From an uncultured Gemmatimonadales bacterium (GTDB lineage Bacteria; Gemmatimonadota; Gemmatimonadetes; Longimicrobiales; RSA9), in assembly GCA_963798845.1 (NCBI GenBank), contig CAWCUS010000004.1, forward strand, positions 288,001 to 352,000: a stretch of DNA of 64,000 bases, read 5' to 3'. The position numbers and the translations under genes are program-made. The notes beneath the pieces were generated by a model, which was not told the origin of the DNA, made no database searches, and worked only from the letters and a program-made list of their open reading frames with translations. This document shows positions 39,087 through 49,054 of the stretch, one piece after another. How positions within the stretch are numbered: position 1 is the stretch's first letter; the number at the start of each line of letters is the position of its first letter.

Positions 39087-41471
39087 ATGGGGAGACTGGC
39101 CGATGTGGCGCAGGCGCTCCGGACGCTGCGCCGGCGCCCGGGTCAGAGCGCGGTGGTCGTGCTGATCCTGGCGCTCGGGATCACATCGACGGTGGCGGTC
39201 TACAGCATCGTTTCCGCGGTGGTGCTGCGGCCGCTCCCGTTCGCTTCGCCGGAAGCGCTGGTGCGCGTGCGGCAGACCGACCCGGACAACGGCATCGCGC
39301 TCTTCCAGGGCGCCTCCGGGCCCAGCTTCCAGGACTGGCAGCGCGAGTCCACCACGCTCGTGTCCATGGGGGCGTACTCGGGACCCGGCGGCTCGATCCT
39401 CGCCGCCGCGGGCGAGCCCCGGCGCGTGCAGCGTACCAGCGTGACCGGCGACTTCTTCGGCACGCTCGGCCTGACGCCCGCTCTCGGGCGGCTCCTCCGG
39501 CCCGGAGACACGGAAGCCGGCGCCCCGCGGGTGGCGGTTCTCTCGTCCGGCTTCTGGCAGCGTGAGCTGGGCGGCGCCCCGGACGTGCTGGGCCGCAACC
39601 TGGTGCTGGACGGCGAGTCGTACGAAGTGGTGGGCGTGGCGCGGCCCGGCGGGACGTATCCCGAGGGCACCGCCGTGTGGACGGCCATCCCGGCGGACGC
39701 CGAGTACTTCACGGTCCGCTACGCGCACATCCTCGGCGTGGTGGGGCGGCTCGCGCCCGGCGCGACGGCGGCCACGGCTGAGGACGAGCTGGACGGGATC
39801 CTGGCCGAGGTGCCCGGCTACACGCCCCGCTCGCGTGTGACCGGTCTGAAGGCCGAGATGGTCGGCGACGTCCGCACGCCCATGCTGGCGCTGCTCGGCG
39901 CGGTGGTGTTCGTGCTGCTGGTCGCGGCGGCGAACGCGGGCAACCTGCTGCTGGCGTGGTCGGCCAGGCGGGGAAGGGAGCTGGCGATCCGGAGCGCGCT
40001 CGGGGCGGGGCGTCGCCGGCTGGCGGCGCAGCTCGTCGCCGAGAGCACGCTGCTCGCCCTCGCCGCCGGGCTGCTCGGCACCCTCCTGGCCGCCTGGCTC
40101 CTCGACGCACTCGTGGCGCTCGCCCCCGGCGACCTGCCCCGCGGCGCCGACATCCGCATCGACGCCGCCGTCCTCGCCTTCGCCCTTGCCGTCTCCCTCC
40201 TCACCGGCGTGCTCACCGGCCTGATCCCGGCGCTCCGCGTCCTCGCCCGCGGCCCCGGCGACGGGCTGCGCGACGGGGATGCCAGGGCCGGGAGCCGCTC
40301 CGGCCGGCGGGTGGTCGGCGGGTTCGTCGTCGCCGAAGTCGCGCTCAGCGTCATGCTTCTCTCGGGCGCCGGCCTCCTGGTGCGGAGCTTCCTGCGCATC
40401 ACGGCCGTGGACCCGGGCTTCCGGGCCGAGCACGTGACCACGTTCGAGTTCGCGCTCCCCGGTTACGAGTACGGCGAGCCGTGGCAGCTGCGACGCTTCG
40501 GCGACGGGCTGCTGGAGCGCGTGCGCGCGCTGCCCGGCGTGGAGGGCGCGGCGGTGGGGCAGAACCTCCCGGTGGCCGGATCGAGCATGATCACGCCCGC
40601 GCTGGTGGAGGGGCGGGCCACGGACAACGCGCCGCGCGTGCAGGTGGTCTCCGTTTCAGACGACTACTTCCGCACCATGGGGATGCAGGTCGTGGCCGGA
40701 CGCGCGTTCACGTCCGGCGACGACGGCGGTGCGCCCCCCGTCGCCATGGTGGACGAGGCGTTCGCCCGTCTCTACTTCGACGGCGACGACCCCGTCGGCC
40801 GGCGCGCCCGCACCTACTTCGGCGAGCCGGTCATGCGGGACATCGTGGGCGTGGTGGCGTCGGCCGCCCACGAGTCGCTCACCGAGCCGCCGCAGCCCAC
40901 GTTCTACTACCCGGCCGCCCAGATGCCGCCGGCTTCCGGGCGCCTGGTGGTGCGTTCGACGCTCGCCACCCCCGCGCTGGTGGCCGCGGTCCAGGCGGCC
41001 AGGCGCGAAGTGGACGCCACCGTCCCGTTCGGCGACATCGCCACCATGGAGCAGCTGCTCCAGCGCACCACTGCGGCGCCCCGCTTCTATGCCACCACGG
41101 TGGCCGCGTTCGCGCTTCTCGCCCTCGTCCTCGCCGTCGCCGGGTTCGTCGCCGTCCTGTCCCAGGTGGTCACCCGGCGCCGCCGCGAGATGGGCGTGCG
41201 CCTCGCCGTCGGCGCCCGCCCCGCCGAGCTGGTCGGCCTCGTCGTCGGCTACGGCATGCGACTCACGGCCCTCGGACTCGCCCTGGGCCTCGCCGGCGCA
41301 CTCGCCGTCGGACGGCTCCTCGCCGGACTCCTCTTCGGCGTCGGGCCGGCCGACCCGCTGGTGCTCGGCGGCGTGGCCGCGCTCCTCGCCGGCGTGGCGC
41401 TGCTCGCCGCGTGGGCCCCCGCCCGGCGGGCCGCCGGCACGGACCCCATGGCCGCGCTGCGGGCGGAATGA
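39087..41471 (+). CDS. ADOP duplicated ABC permease
   Basis: GAGGAGG RBS; LADVAQALRTLRRRPG; RELAIRSALGA; RRREMGVRLAVGA; DPMAALRAE. Confidence 0.9.
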   Translation: MGRLADVAQALRTLRRRPGQSAVVVLILALGITSTVAVYSIVSAVVLRPLPFASPEALVRVRQTDPDNGIALFQGASGPSFQDWQRESTTLVSMGAYSGPGGSILAAAGEPRRVQRTSVTGDFFGTLGLTPALGRLLRPGDTEAGAPRVAVLSSGFWQRELGGAPDVLGRNLVLDGESYEVVGVARPGGTYPEGTAVWTAIPADAEYFTVRYAHILGVVGRLAPGATAATAEDELDGILAEVPGYTPRSRVTGLKAEMVGDVRTPMLALLGAVVFVLLVAAANAGNLLLAWSARRGRELAIRSALGAGRRRLAAQLVAESTLLALAAGLLGTLLAAWLLDALVALAPGDLPRGADIRIDAAVLAFALAVSLLTGVLTGLIPALRVLARGPGDGLRDGDARAGSRSGRRVVGGFVVAEVALSVMLLSGAGLLVRSFLRITAVDPGFRAEHVTTFEFALPGYEYGEPWQLRRFGDGLLERVRALPGVEGAAVGQNLPVAGSSMITPALVEGRATDNAPRVQVVSVSDDYFRTMGMQVVAGRAFTSGDDGGAPPVAMVDEAFARLYFDGDDPVGRRARTYFGEPVMRDIVGVVASAAHESLTEPPQPTFYYPAAQMPPASGRLVVRSTLATPALVAAVQAARREVDATVPFGDIATMEQLLQRTTAAPRFYATTVAAFALLALVLAVAGFVAVLSQVVTRRRREMGVRLAVGARPAELVGLVVGYGMRLTALGLALGLAGALAVGRLLAGLLFGVGPADPLVLGGVAALLAGVALLAAWAPARRAAGTDPMAALRAE

Positions 41472-41499
41472 CGCCCTTCCGCCGGGCGCTGCGGCCGGC

Positions 41500-43899
41500 A
41501 TGACCGCGCTCCGCGCCGCGATCAGGGTCTTCCGCACCCGTCGACGGTTCGCGTTCTGGACCGCGGCCGCGTACGCCCTGGGCATCGCCGCCGTGACCAC
41601 CGTGTTCTCTCCGCTCGACGACGTCCTCCTCGACCCGCTGCCATGGCCGGCCTCGGGACGGGTGGTCGGAGTGTGGGAGCGCTTTCCGCAGGTGACGGAT
41701 GGCCGCATCCCCGCGGCGCCGGCGAAAGTGGCCGCCTGGCGGGGCGCCACCGACGTGTTCGATGCGGTGGCCGCGTGGCGGCTCGACGACATGGACTTTT
41801 CCGACGCCGGGGAGGGAGCCGGCGATGGCGAGCCGGAGGTCGTCCAGGTGGGGCGTGTCCAGGCCGACCTGTTCCGGCTGCTGGGCATCCGCCCCACTCA
41901 GGGCCGCGGCTTCGCGGCTGGCGAGGATGAGCCTGGTGCCGAGCACGTGGTGGTGCTCACGAACGGCTTCTGGCGCGAGCGCATGGGCGGACGTCGGGAC
42001 GTGCTTGGGCGCACGCTCCGGCTGGCGGGCGAGCCGTTCCGGATCATCGGCGTCCTGCCGCCCGACGAGGCGTTCCCGGCCGACGCCCGCCTCCTGGTTC
42101 CGCTGGCGTTCGACGCGCCGGACAGCCGGGCTGCGCACGCATACCGGGTGCTGGCCCACCTTGCGCCGGGGGTCACATTGGCCCGGGCGCAGGCCAGGGT
42201 GTCGGAGATGGCGGCGGCCGCGGCGTCGGAGTTCCCGGAGACCGACGCGGGGTGGGAGGCCGAGGTGGTCCCGCTCCGCGACCAGCTCGTGGGCGACGTG
42301 CGCGGGCTTCTCCTCCTCTTCTTCGGCGCCGGCGCCCTGGTCTTCCTGGTGGGCGGGGCCAATGGCGCCGGGCTGCTCCTGGCCCGCTCGGCCGGGCGGC
42401 GGCGGGAGCTGGCGCTCCGGGCTGCGCTGGGCGCCTCCCGGCGTCGCCTGGTGGCCGACCTCGCCGCGGAGAGCGTGCTGCTGGCAGCGGTGGGCGGCGC
42501 CGCGGGCTTCTTCCTGGCGTGGGTGGCCGCCGGGGCGATCCGGACGTGGATGCCCCTCCACGTCCCGGGCCTCGCCGGCGGCTCGTTCGACGCCACGGTC
42601 TTGGCGTTCGCCGCGGGCGCCACGCTCCTGGGCGGCCTCGCGTTCGGGCTCCTCCCCGGGCTCCAGGCTTCCGGCACCGGCCCCATGGACGCGTTGCGCG
42701 AGGGGGTCACCGGCACACCCGGGCGCGGCCGCATCCTGCGCGCGGTGGTGGTGGGCGAGGTGGCGCTGGCGGCGCTCCTGCTGGTGGGCGGCGGCCTCTT
42801 CCTCCGGAGCGCGTGGGAAGTGTCGTCCGTCGACCCCGGGTTCCGCCCGCGCGGGCTGCTCACCCTCGAGCTCCGGCCCCCGCGCTGGCGCTACGACAGC
42901 GAAGCCCGCCGCGCCGCGCTCTACCAGGACGTGCTCTCGGCCGTGCAGTCCATGCCGGGGGTCGAGTCCGCGGCGCTCACCAACTACCTGCCCCTCGGCG
43001 GGCGCTCGGACTCCTTCCGCTACCTGGTCGAGGGGCGGCCCGCGCCGGCTTCGCCGGACCTGCAGCTGACGGGCATGCGGGTGGTGAGCCCCGGCTACTT
43101 CGGAACCATGGGAATCCCGCTGGTCTCCGGTCGCGCCCTCACGCCCGGCGACCGCGCGGACGGGGAGCTCGTGGCCGTGGTGAACGGCGCCATGGCACGC
43201 GAGGTCTGGCCCGCCGGCGATGCAGTGGGCGCCCGCGTCAGCATGAACGGTCAGGAAGGCCCTTGGGTGCGCGTGGTCGGCGTGGTCGGCGACGTCCACC
43301 ACGGCGGCCTCGACGAGCCCGCCTCCCCCGAGCTCTTCGTCCCGCTGGCGCAGGAGGTGTGGCCGTTCGCAGCCCTGGTGGTCCGCGCCGGCTCCGATCC
43401 CGCCGCCCTCGCCGCCGCCGTGCGCGACGTGGTCCGCCGCGTCGACCCCGCACTGCCCATCGCCGACGTCCGCACCGGCTCCGGTCTGCTGCGCGCCGCC
43501 ACCGCCCCCTGGCGGGCCCAGGCCACCCTCGTCCTCGTTTTCGCCGCCGCCGCGCTCCTGCTCGCCATCACCGGCGTGTACGGCCTGCTGGCTTGGGTCG
43601 TGGAGCAGCGCATCCCCGAGATGGCCATCCGCCAGGCACTCGGCGCCGCCCGCCGCGACGTGCGCACCCTCGTGGCCCGCGAAGCGCTCCGCCTGGCGCT
43701 CATCGGCGCCGCCCTGGGCCTGGTCGCCGCCGCAGCGCTGTCGGCGCTCGTGCGCACGCTGCTGTTCGGCGTGCGGCCGCTGGACCCGTGGAGCTACGCC
43801 GCAGCGGCTGGGCTGCTCACCCTGGTCGCGCTCCTGGCCGCGCTCGGGCCGGCCAGGCGGGCGGCGCGGACGGAGCCCGCCTCTTCGTTGAGGGTGTAG
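41500..43899 (+). CDS. ADOP duplicated ABC permease
   Basis: LRAAIRVFRTRRRF, RRRELALRAALGASR, EMAIRQALGA, PARRAARTEP. Start ATG 41500. Confidence 0.9.
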   Translation: MTALRAAIRVFRTRRRFAFWTAAAYALGIAAVTTVFSPLDDVLLDPLPWPASGRVVGVWERFPQVTDGRIPAAPAKVAAWRGATDVFDAVAAWRLDDMDFSDAGEGAGDGEPEVVQVGRVQADLFRLLGIRPTQGRGFAAGEDEPGAEHVVVLTNGFWRERMGGRRDVLGRTLRLAGEPFRIIGVLPPDEAFPADARLLVPLAFDAPDSRAAHAYRVLAHLAPGVTLARAQARVSEMAAAAASEFPETDAGWEAEVVPLRDQLVGDVRGLLLLFFGAGALVFLVGGANGAGLLLARSAGRRRELALRAALGASRRRLVADLAAESVLLAAVGGAAGFFLAWVAAGAIRTWMPLHVPGLAGGSFDATVLAFAAGATLLGGLAFGLLPGLQASGTGPMDALREGVTGTPGRGRILRAVVVGEVALAALLLVGGGLFLRSAWEVSSVDPGFRPRGLLTLELRPPRWRYDSEARRAALYQDVLSAVQSMPGVESAALTNYLPLGGRSDSFRYLVEGRPAPASPDLQLTGMRVVSPGYFGTMGIPLVSGRALTPGDRADGELVAVVNGAMAREVWPAGDAVGARVSMNGQEGPWVRVVGVVGDVHHGGLDEPASPELFVPLAQEVWPFAALVVRAGSDPAALAAAVRDVVRRVDPALPIADVRTGSGLLRAATAPWRAQATLVLVFAAAALLLAITGVYGLLAWVVEQRIPEMAIRQALGAARRDVRTLVAREALRLALIGAALGLVAAAALSALVRTLLFGVRPLDPWSYAAAAGLLTLVALLAALGPARRAARTEPASSLRV

Positions 43900-44057
43900 A
43901 CGGCGACGGCCGAATGGAGCGGCGAGGTGAGGTGCGGAAAAGCGGCTCCGCCGGGCCCGTGCCGAAGGCGCGTCCCGCGGCGGAGCAGCGTCCCGCGCCG
44001 ATGGCGTCCCGCGGCGAAGGGCACCTCTGATCCGCGATTGACGGTTCCTCTGCCGCT

Positions 44058-45149
44058 CTACATTCCCCTCCCGGACACCAGGAACATCGCGAAGCTCCCC
44101 AGCCAGTGGCCGCCCTCGTAGTGCTCCCCCGTCACCGCCGCGAGCCCGGCCCGGCGATGCGCGCGTGCCGCGGCGCGGAGGGCGGGGAGCCGGGGGTCGC
44201 CTGACGCGAGGCCGTGGGCGATCCCTTCCAGCATCCACGCCCGGCTCAGGTTCAGCCCGTCCAGGTGGGCGAGCTTCGGGTCGGATGGGTCCGTGACGAC
44301 CGCGGGGGTCAGCCATGCCCCGCCGTCGTCGCGGCGGGGGAGCGTCGGCAGGAACGTGTCGAGCCAGCGGGCGAAATCGACGGGCGTGAGCACGCGTCGA
44401 ACCAGGTCGGCCTCGGCGAGGCAGGGGGAGAGGAAGTCCTGGCCGGATGGCTCGTAGGCGAGCGGGCAGTCGCGGTCCGGGAGGTAGAGGGTCCGCACGC
44501 GCTCATCCACCAGCCGCAGCATGGCCGTGTCGGCGGCGGTCCTCGCCCAGTCGCGGACAAGCCCGAACGCGAACGCGGTCTGGGAGTGCTCGCCCGTGCG
44601 GATCGGGTTCGCCAGCTTCGGCATCCACTCCGTCAGCCGCGCCGCGGCCGCGCGCTCCAGCGGCGCCAGCTTCCGGCTCCACTCCGCCGCCTGCGGGTCG
44701 TCCCACTCCCTTAGCTCGGCGCCCAGCTGGAGCAGCCACGCCAGCCCGTACGGCCGCTCGAAGTGCGCGCGACCCTCGCCCTCGAGGTAGCGGATCTCGC
44801 CGGCGACGTGTTCCGCCGTCAGGCTCGAGTCCAGCGCCGCCCGCGCCCGCGCCGCCATCGGGCTCTCCGGCGCGAGCCGGGCCAGCCGCGCCAGCAGCCA
44901 GTGCCCGTGCACCGAGGAATGCCAGTCGTAGCACCCGTAGAACGCGGGCGTCAGCTCGCGCGGCGGGCGCGCGTCGGCGTCGCTCTGGAGCACGTGCGCG
45001 ATCTGGTTCGGGTACTCCTGGTGCACGCACGCCAGCGCCAGCTCCCCGAAGCGGGCGGCGAACGCGGAGTCGACCGCCTGGGCGGCGGCCGCCGCGGGGG
45101 CGGCGACGACGAGGGCCGCGAGGATGGCGGCGAGTCGGATGTGTCGCAT
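44058..45149 (-). CDS. DUF2891 domain protein, exported
   Basis: Signal peptide; QEYPN, PAFYGCYDWHSSVHGHW, FERPYGLAW, HLDGLNLSRAW, YEGGHWLGSFA. Confidence 0.88.
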   Translation of the reverse strand: MRHIRLAAILAALVVAAPAAAAAQAVDSAFAARFGELALACVHQEYPNQIAHVLQSDADARPPRELTPAFYGCYDWHSSVHGHWLLARLARLAPESPMAARARAALDSSLTAEHVAGEIRYLEGEGRAHFERPYGLAWLLQLGAELREWDDPQAAEWSRKLAPLERAAAARLTEWMPKLANPIRTGEHSQTAFAFGLVRDWARTAADTAMLRLVDERVRTLYLPDRDCPLAYEPSGQDFLSPCLAEADLVRRVLTPVDFARWLDTFLPTLPRRDDGGAWLTPAVVTDPSDPKLAHLDGLNLSRAWMLEGIAHGLASGDPRLPALRAAARAHRRAGLAAVTGEHYEGGHWLGSFAMFLVSGRGM

Positions 45150-45220
45150 GCCGGAGAGTACCCGCCGCCCCCGCCCGGGTCAAAAGCGCACCCACCCGCT
45201 GGCCGGCGAATGCATCCGCG

Positions 45221-46342
45221 TCAGAACGTGAGCCGTATCACCTCTCCCGCGCCCGGAGGAGCGCCGAAGCCGAGCACCGACACGTACAGCGCGCCATCCG
45301 GACCGAACGTCATACCGGTCGGCAGCGGAAGGTCGGACACGATCGGCTCCAACGAGCCGTCCCGCGCCACCCGCACGACGCGGCCGCTGAACGGGGGGCC
45401 CGGGAAGCACGGCGTCGTGGCCGGACACACCGTGGTGTTCTCGAGCGCGTACATTTGCCCGTCATGATCGAACGCCACCCCGACCACCGCTGTCAGGTGG
45501 CCGATCGTCTGGGGGATCTGACCGCTGGGCGTGATGTGCATGATCGTCGATACGCCCGGTATCAGAGGGAAGGTGCCCAGGTTGCCCACGTAGAAGTTGC
45601 CATGGTACGCGATCGCGGTCGGCACGATGTGGCCCATCTTCGCCGAGATGTCCACCACACGGCTCACCGCTCCTCCCGTCGTGATCCGCACCAGCTCACC
45701 GTGGTTCGGCTCCACCGCGTACAGGTCGCCCCGGACCGCGACCATGTCCCACCACGTGCCGTCGGGCTCGAAATCCTCCTCCTCCGGGTTGGCCACGGGA
45801 TGCGCCATCTGGTACGCGCTCAGATCAGCCACCATGTCCCAGCCGCCGTTCCCGTTCACCCGGATCACGCCGTTGGGGACATCCGCAATGCCGTGCGAGC
45901 AGCCCGCACCCGCCAGCAGCGCGTACAGCGTGTTCCCAATGAATTCGACATCCGCCACCCCGCTCACCAGGCTGCCCTGCAGCGGGCTCGTCTGGCTCGA
46001 CGGCAGGTTGTCCACCACCGTCACGGGCACGCCGTTCACGATCTTCGAGATCCGCGCCGTGTACCCGCCCGTGTACGGACCCACCGGCTCGACGACCTGC
46101 GGACACTGCCCCAACGTCGAGTTCGTTCCCCCCGTGCCGCCCTCCGCCACGTACAGGTACCCGTCCGGACCGAAGCTCAGCCCCCGCGGGTTGTCCAGCC
46201 CCGTCGCGTAGGTGCTCATCGACACTTCCGGCGCCTTCGCAAACAAGACGTCCGGCTCGGCCGGCTGCGTCGGCGTCGCCTCGTCGCAGCCTGCGACGGC
46301 AAACGCAAGGAACGAAACAGCAACGGCGTACGTGGTTCGCAT
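45221..46342 (-). CDS. ScyD/ScyE family beta-propeller lipoprotein
   Basis: Lipobox VAGC; GLDNPRGLSFGPDG.LYVAEGGTGG, VEPNHGE, HIVPTAIA, PTGMTFGPDGALYVS. Confidence 0.8.
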   Translation of the reverse strand: MRTTYAVAVSFLAFAVAGCDEATPTQPAEPDVLFAKAPEVSMSTYATGLDNPRGLSFGPDGYLYVAEGGTGGTNSTLGQCPQVVEPVGPYTGGYTARISKIVNGVPVTVVDNLPSSQTSPLQGSLVSGVADVEFIGNTLYALLAGAGCSHGIADVPNGVIRVNGNGGWDMVADLSAYQMAHPVANPEEEDFEPDGTWWDMVAVRGDLYAVEPNHGELVRITTGGAVSRVVDISAKMGHIVPTAIAYHGNFYVGNLGTFPLIPGVSTIMHITPSGQIPQTIGHLTAVVGVAFDHDGQMYALENTTVCPATTPCFPGPPFSGRVVRVARDGSLEPIVSDLPLPTGMTFGPDGALYVSVLGFGAPPGAGEVIRLTF

Positions 46343-46526
46343 ACGATACCTCCGTTTCTCAGGGGAATTGCGGCCCCGCCCCGGCAGCTCCCGGTCCCGG
46401 CTTCATCCGGGCCGATCGGACCAGCGCCATGGGCCGCGAGGTCTCCAGCACGAAGAAGCGGCCGGCGCCGATCCACCGCCTCCTCAGCCCGCGCCGTGGC
46501 GGGGCTACCGCCCAAACTGTGGCGCC

Positions 46527-46578
46527 GTATTGATTGCGACCAATACAAATTCCGACTTGACTAATCACGAAACCTTAT
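46527..46578. promoter_or_regulatory. AT-rich divergent promoter region with LysR T-N11-A box
   Basis: ATCA-N7-TTAT at 46564-46578 (T46565-N11-A46577) and inverted repeat GTATTG-N8-CAATAC at 46527-46546. Confidence 0.55.
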
Positions 46579-46589
46579 TAAATAGCGGT

Positions 46590-47579
46590 ATGGAACTTCG
46601 CCAGCTTCGCTATTTCGTGGCCGTCGCCGAGGAGCTGCATTTCGGGCGTGCGGCGGAGCGGGTGCACGTGGTGCAACCGGCGCTGAGCCAGCAGATCAAG
46701 AAGCTGGAGCGGGAGCTGGGGGTCGTGCTGCTGGCGCGGACGCGCCGGCGTGTCTCGATGACCGAGCCGGGGCGTGCGTTTCTCAAGGAGGCGCGGCGGG
46801 TGCTGAGCCACGCGGCGGCGGCGGTGGAGGCGGCGCGCCGGGCGGCGGCGGGAGAGACGGGGCGCTTGCGGCTGGGCTACGTGGACTGGGCGATCTACCT
46901 GCAGCTGCCGGAGACGCTGCGGGCGTATCGGGAGCGATATCCGGAAGTGGACCTGCAGATTGCGGAGATGGGTCGGGAGGCGCAGCAGGAGGCGTTCAGC
47001 CGGGGCGAGCTGGATGTGGGGCTGTTCGCGTACCGGGAAGGGGAAGGCGATTTCAGTTACGAACGGGTGGTGTCGGATCCGTTGATGGTGGTCCTGCCGG
47101 ATACGCATCGGGCTACGAATCAGGCGCGGGTCCGGCTGGAGACGCTGGCGGATGACCCGTGGGTGTTGTTTCCCAGGGCATTCGGGTCGCGCTACCTCGA
47201 GGTGGTCGTGGCGGCGTGCGCGGCGGCGGGGTTCGAGCCGCGGGTGGCACAGGAGGCCGGCGAGATGAACGCGCTGGCGGCGCTCGTCGGAGCGGGATTC
47301 GGAGTCACGCTGCTGCCGAGCTCGGTGGCGTTGCGGCCAATGGCGAACACCGCGGTGCGTCCGCTGGCGGGCGTCGCGCCCGAGCTGCCCCAGGACGTGG
47401 TGTGGCGGACGCACGAGCTGTCACCGACGGCGGCAGCGTTCGTTGCGCTGGTGCGTGAGCAATGGGATGCGCTGGCGCGCGAGCGGTCGGCACGGGCGGA
47501 TGATGAAGCGGCGGCCGACGTGTCGAGGGCGCTTCGCCGCGTCGGTGAGGAAGCCGGCCATTCCCGGCCGTCGCCATGA
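46590..47579 (+). CDS. LysR family transcriptional regulator
   Basis: [40 protein letters not shown] plus substrate-binding domain. Confidence 0.93.
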   Translation: MELRQLRYFVAVAEELHFGRAAERVHVVQPALSQQIKKLERELGVVLLARTRRRVSMTEPGRAFLKEARRVLSHAAAAVEAARRAAAGETGRLRLGYVDWAIYLQLPETLRAYRERYPEVDLQIAEMGREAQQEAFSRGELDVGLFAYREGEGDFSYERVVSDPLMVVLPDTHRATNQARVRLETLADDPWVLFPRAFGSRYLEVVVAACAAAGFEPRVAQEAGEMNALAALVGAGFGVTLLPSSVALRPMANTAVRPLAGVAPELPQDVVWRTHELSPTAAAFVALVREQWDALARERSARADDEAAADVSRALRRVGEEAGHSRPSP

Positions 47580-48217
47580 TCGACGTAGCGCTCATCGAGG
47601 ACAACCGCCTGGTGCGTGAAGGACTGACGACGCTGCTGAACGGCACGGGCGAGTGCCGGATAGCGGCGGCGATGGCCGAGCTGGACATCGCTGTGTTGAA
47701 GGCGGCGGACCCGCACCTCGTTCTGATCAATGTCGGTGCGGGTGACGGGAGCAGCCTGTCCATGGTCCGGATGATGACGCGCGACATCCCGACCGCCCGT
47801 GTGATCATGATGGACCTCCTGCCGGTACCCGGGGAAGTCTCCGATTTCGTGGAAGCCGGGGTGGCCGGTTTCATCATGAAGGACGCCACCCTGGAGGAAC
47901 TGGTCCACACCTTCCGTGCGGTAGCCGGCGGTCAGCGGGTGCTGCCCGACGAGCTCACGTTCACGCTCCTTGCCCGGATCGCGGACGACGCGGCAGCGCG
48001 CGGTGGCGAGCGGGTGGTCGAAGCCGTGCGGATGACGCCGCGGGAGCGGCAGGTGATCGAGCTCATCTCCGAAGGGCTGAGCAACAAGCGGATCGCTTCA
48101 CGGCTCGAGGTCGCGCCGCAGACGGTGAAGAGCCACGTCCGCAACATCATGGAGAAGCTCGCGCTCCACACGCGGCTGCAGATCGCCGCTCATGCCCGCC
48201 CGGATCCCCGTTCATGA
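47576..48217 (+). CDS. NarL/LuxR-type response regulator with atypical receiver
   Basis: IEDN, GFIMKDA, TPRERQV..GLSNKRIA..TVKSHV. Phosphoacceptor position reads N (LVLINV). Confidence 0.88.
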   Translation: MIDVALIEDNRLVREGLTTLLNGTGECRIAAAMAELDIAVLKAADPHLVLINVGAGDGSSLSMVRMMTRDIPTARVIMMDLLPVPGEVSDFVEAGVAGFIMKDATLEELVHTFRAVAGGQRVLPDELTFTLLARIADDAAARGGERVVEAVRMTPRERQVIELISEGLSNKRIASRLEVAPQTVKSHVRNIMEKLALHTRLQIAAHARPDPRS

Positions 48218-48834
48218 CGCGGCCCATCACGGTGGTCGTGGTAGACGACAACCGCCTGCTCCGCGATGGCATCGCGAAGCTGCTCGGAGCCCAGCCGGAC
48301 ATCCGGATCGTGGGAGCCGTGGGGACCGCGGAGGAAGGGTCGGCGCTGGTCGAGCAGATGGCACCGTGCGTCGTGCTGGTGGACGCGGGGTTGGGCGAGC
48401 ACGACAGTCGCGCCTTCATAGAGCAGCTTCGGGAGACGGGTGCCGCTGCGCGCATTGTCGTAATGGGCTTCCTTCCCTCCCATGAGGATGTTCTGGAGTT
48501 CGTGGGCGCGGGAGCCTCCGGGTTCGTGCTGAAGGAGGCGAGCGTGCCCGAGGTGCTGGCCACGATCCGTGCGGTGGCGGCCGGCGAGACCGTGATCCCC
48601 ACCTACCTGGACCGGGCCCTGCTTTCCCGGATCGCGACGGCCGCTGGCCGGGCCGCGCATAGCCTGTCGGGCCTTCTGGCGCAGGAGCGGCAGGTGGTCA
48701 TGCTCATCGCGGACGGGCTGCCGAACCGGGAGATCGCCCGGCGGCTGGAGATCCCGCTCAGCGCGGTCCGCAGCCACGCCGACAACGTCCTCGAGAAGCT
48801 GGCTGTGCAGGCCCGGTCCCCGGACGTCATGTAG
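48214..48834 (+). CDS. NarL/LuxR-type response regulator
   Basis: VDDN, VVLVDAG, GFVLKEA, GLPNREIARRL; ATGA overlap. Confidence 0.88.
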   Translation: MTRPITVVVVDDNRLLRDGIAKLLGAQPDIRIVGAVGTAEEGSALVEQMAPCVVLVDAGLGEHDSRAFIEQLRETGAAARIVVMGFLPSHEDVLEFVGAGASGFVLKEASVPEVLATIRAVAAGETVIPTYLDRALLSRIATAAGRAAHSLSGLLAQERQVVMLIADGLPNREIARRLEIPLSAVRSHADNVLEKLAVQARSPDVM

Positions 48835-49054
48835 CCAACCCCGCCCGATTCTCTCATCGGTGCTCCGCCGTCCTGACGCTCTCCTCCGGTGAGGAACCGG
48901 CACGTCTACCCCATTCGAGGGATGGCCCCCCTGTACCCCATCCCGGAGATTGCACAGGGACAGGCACGCCAACACTCACGCAGAACGGCAGGATATACCG
49001 GTGAGAACCAAACGATCGGCAGTACCGGAAACGCAGAACCGCGGCGGACTCCGC

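Noticed and set aside
40729..41499. N-terminal extension of the 1056-aa permease ORF
   Set aside because: It is an off-frame overlap with the preceding permease.
45221..46342. Scytonemin biosynthesis cluster
   Set aside because: No scyABC or aromatic amino acid pathway genes nearby.
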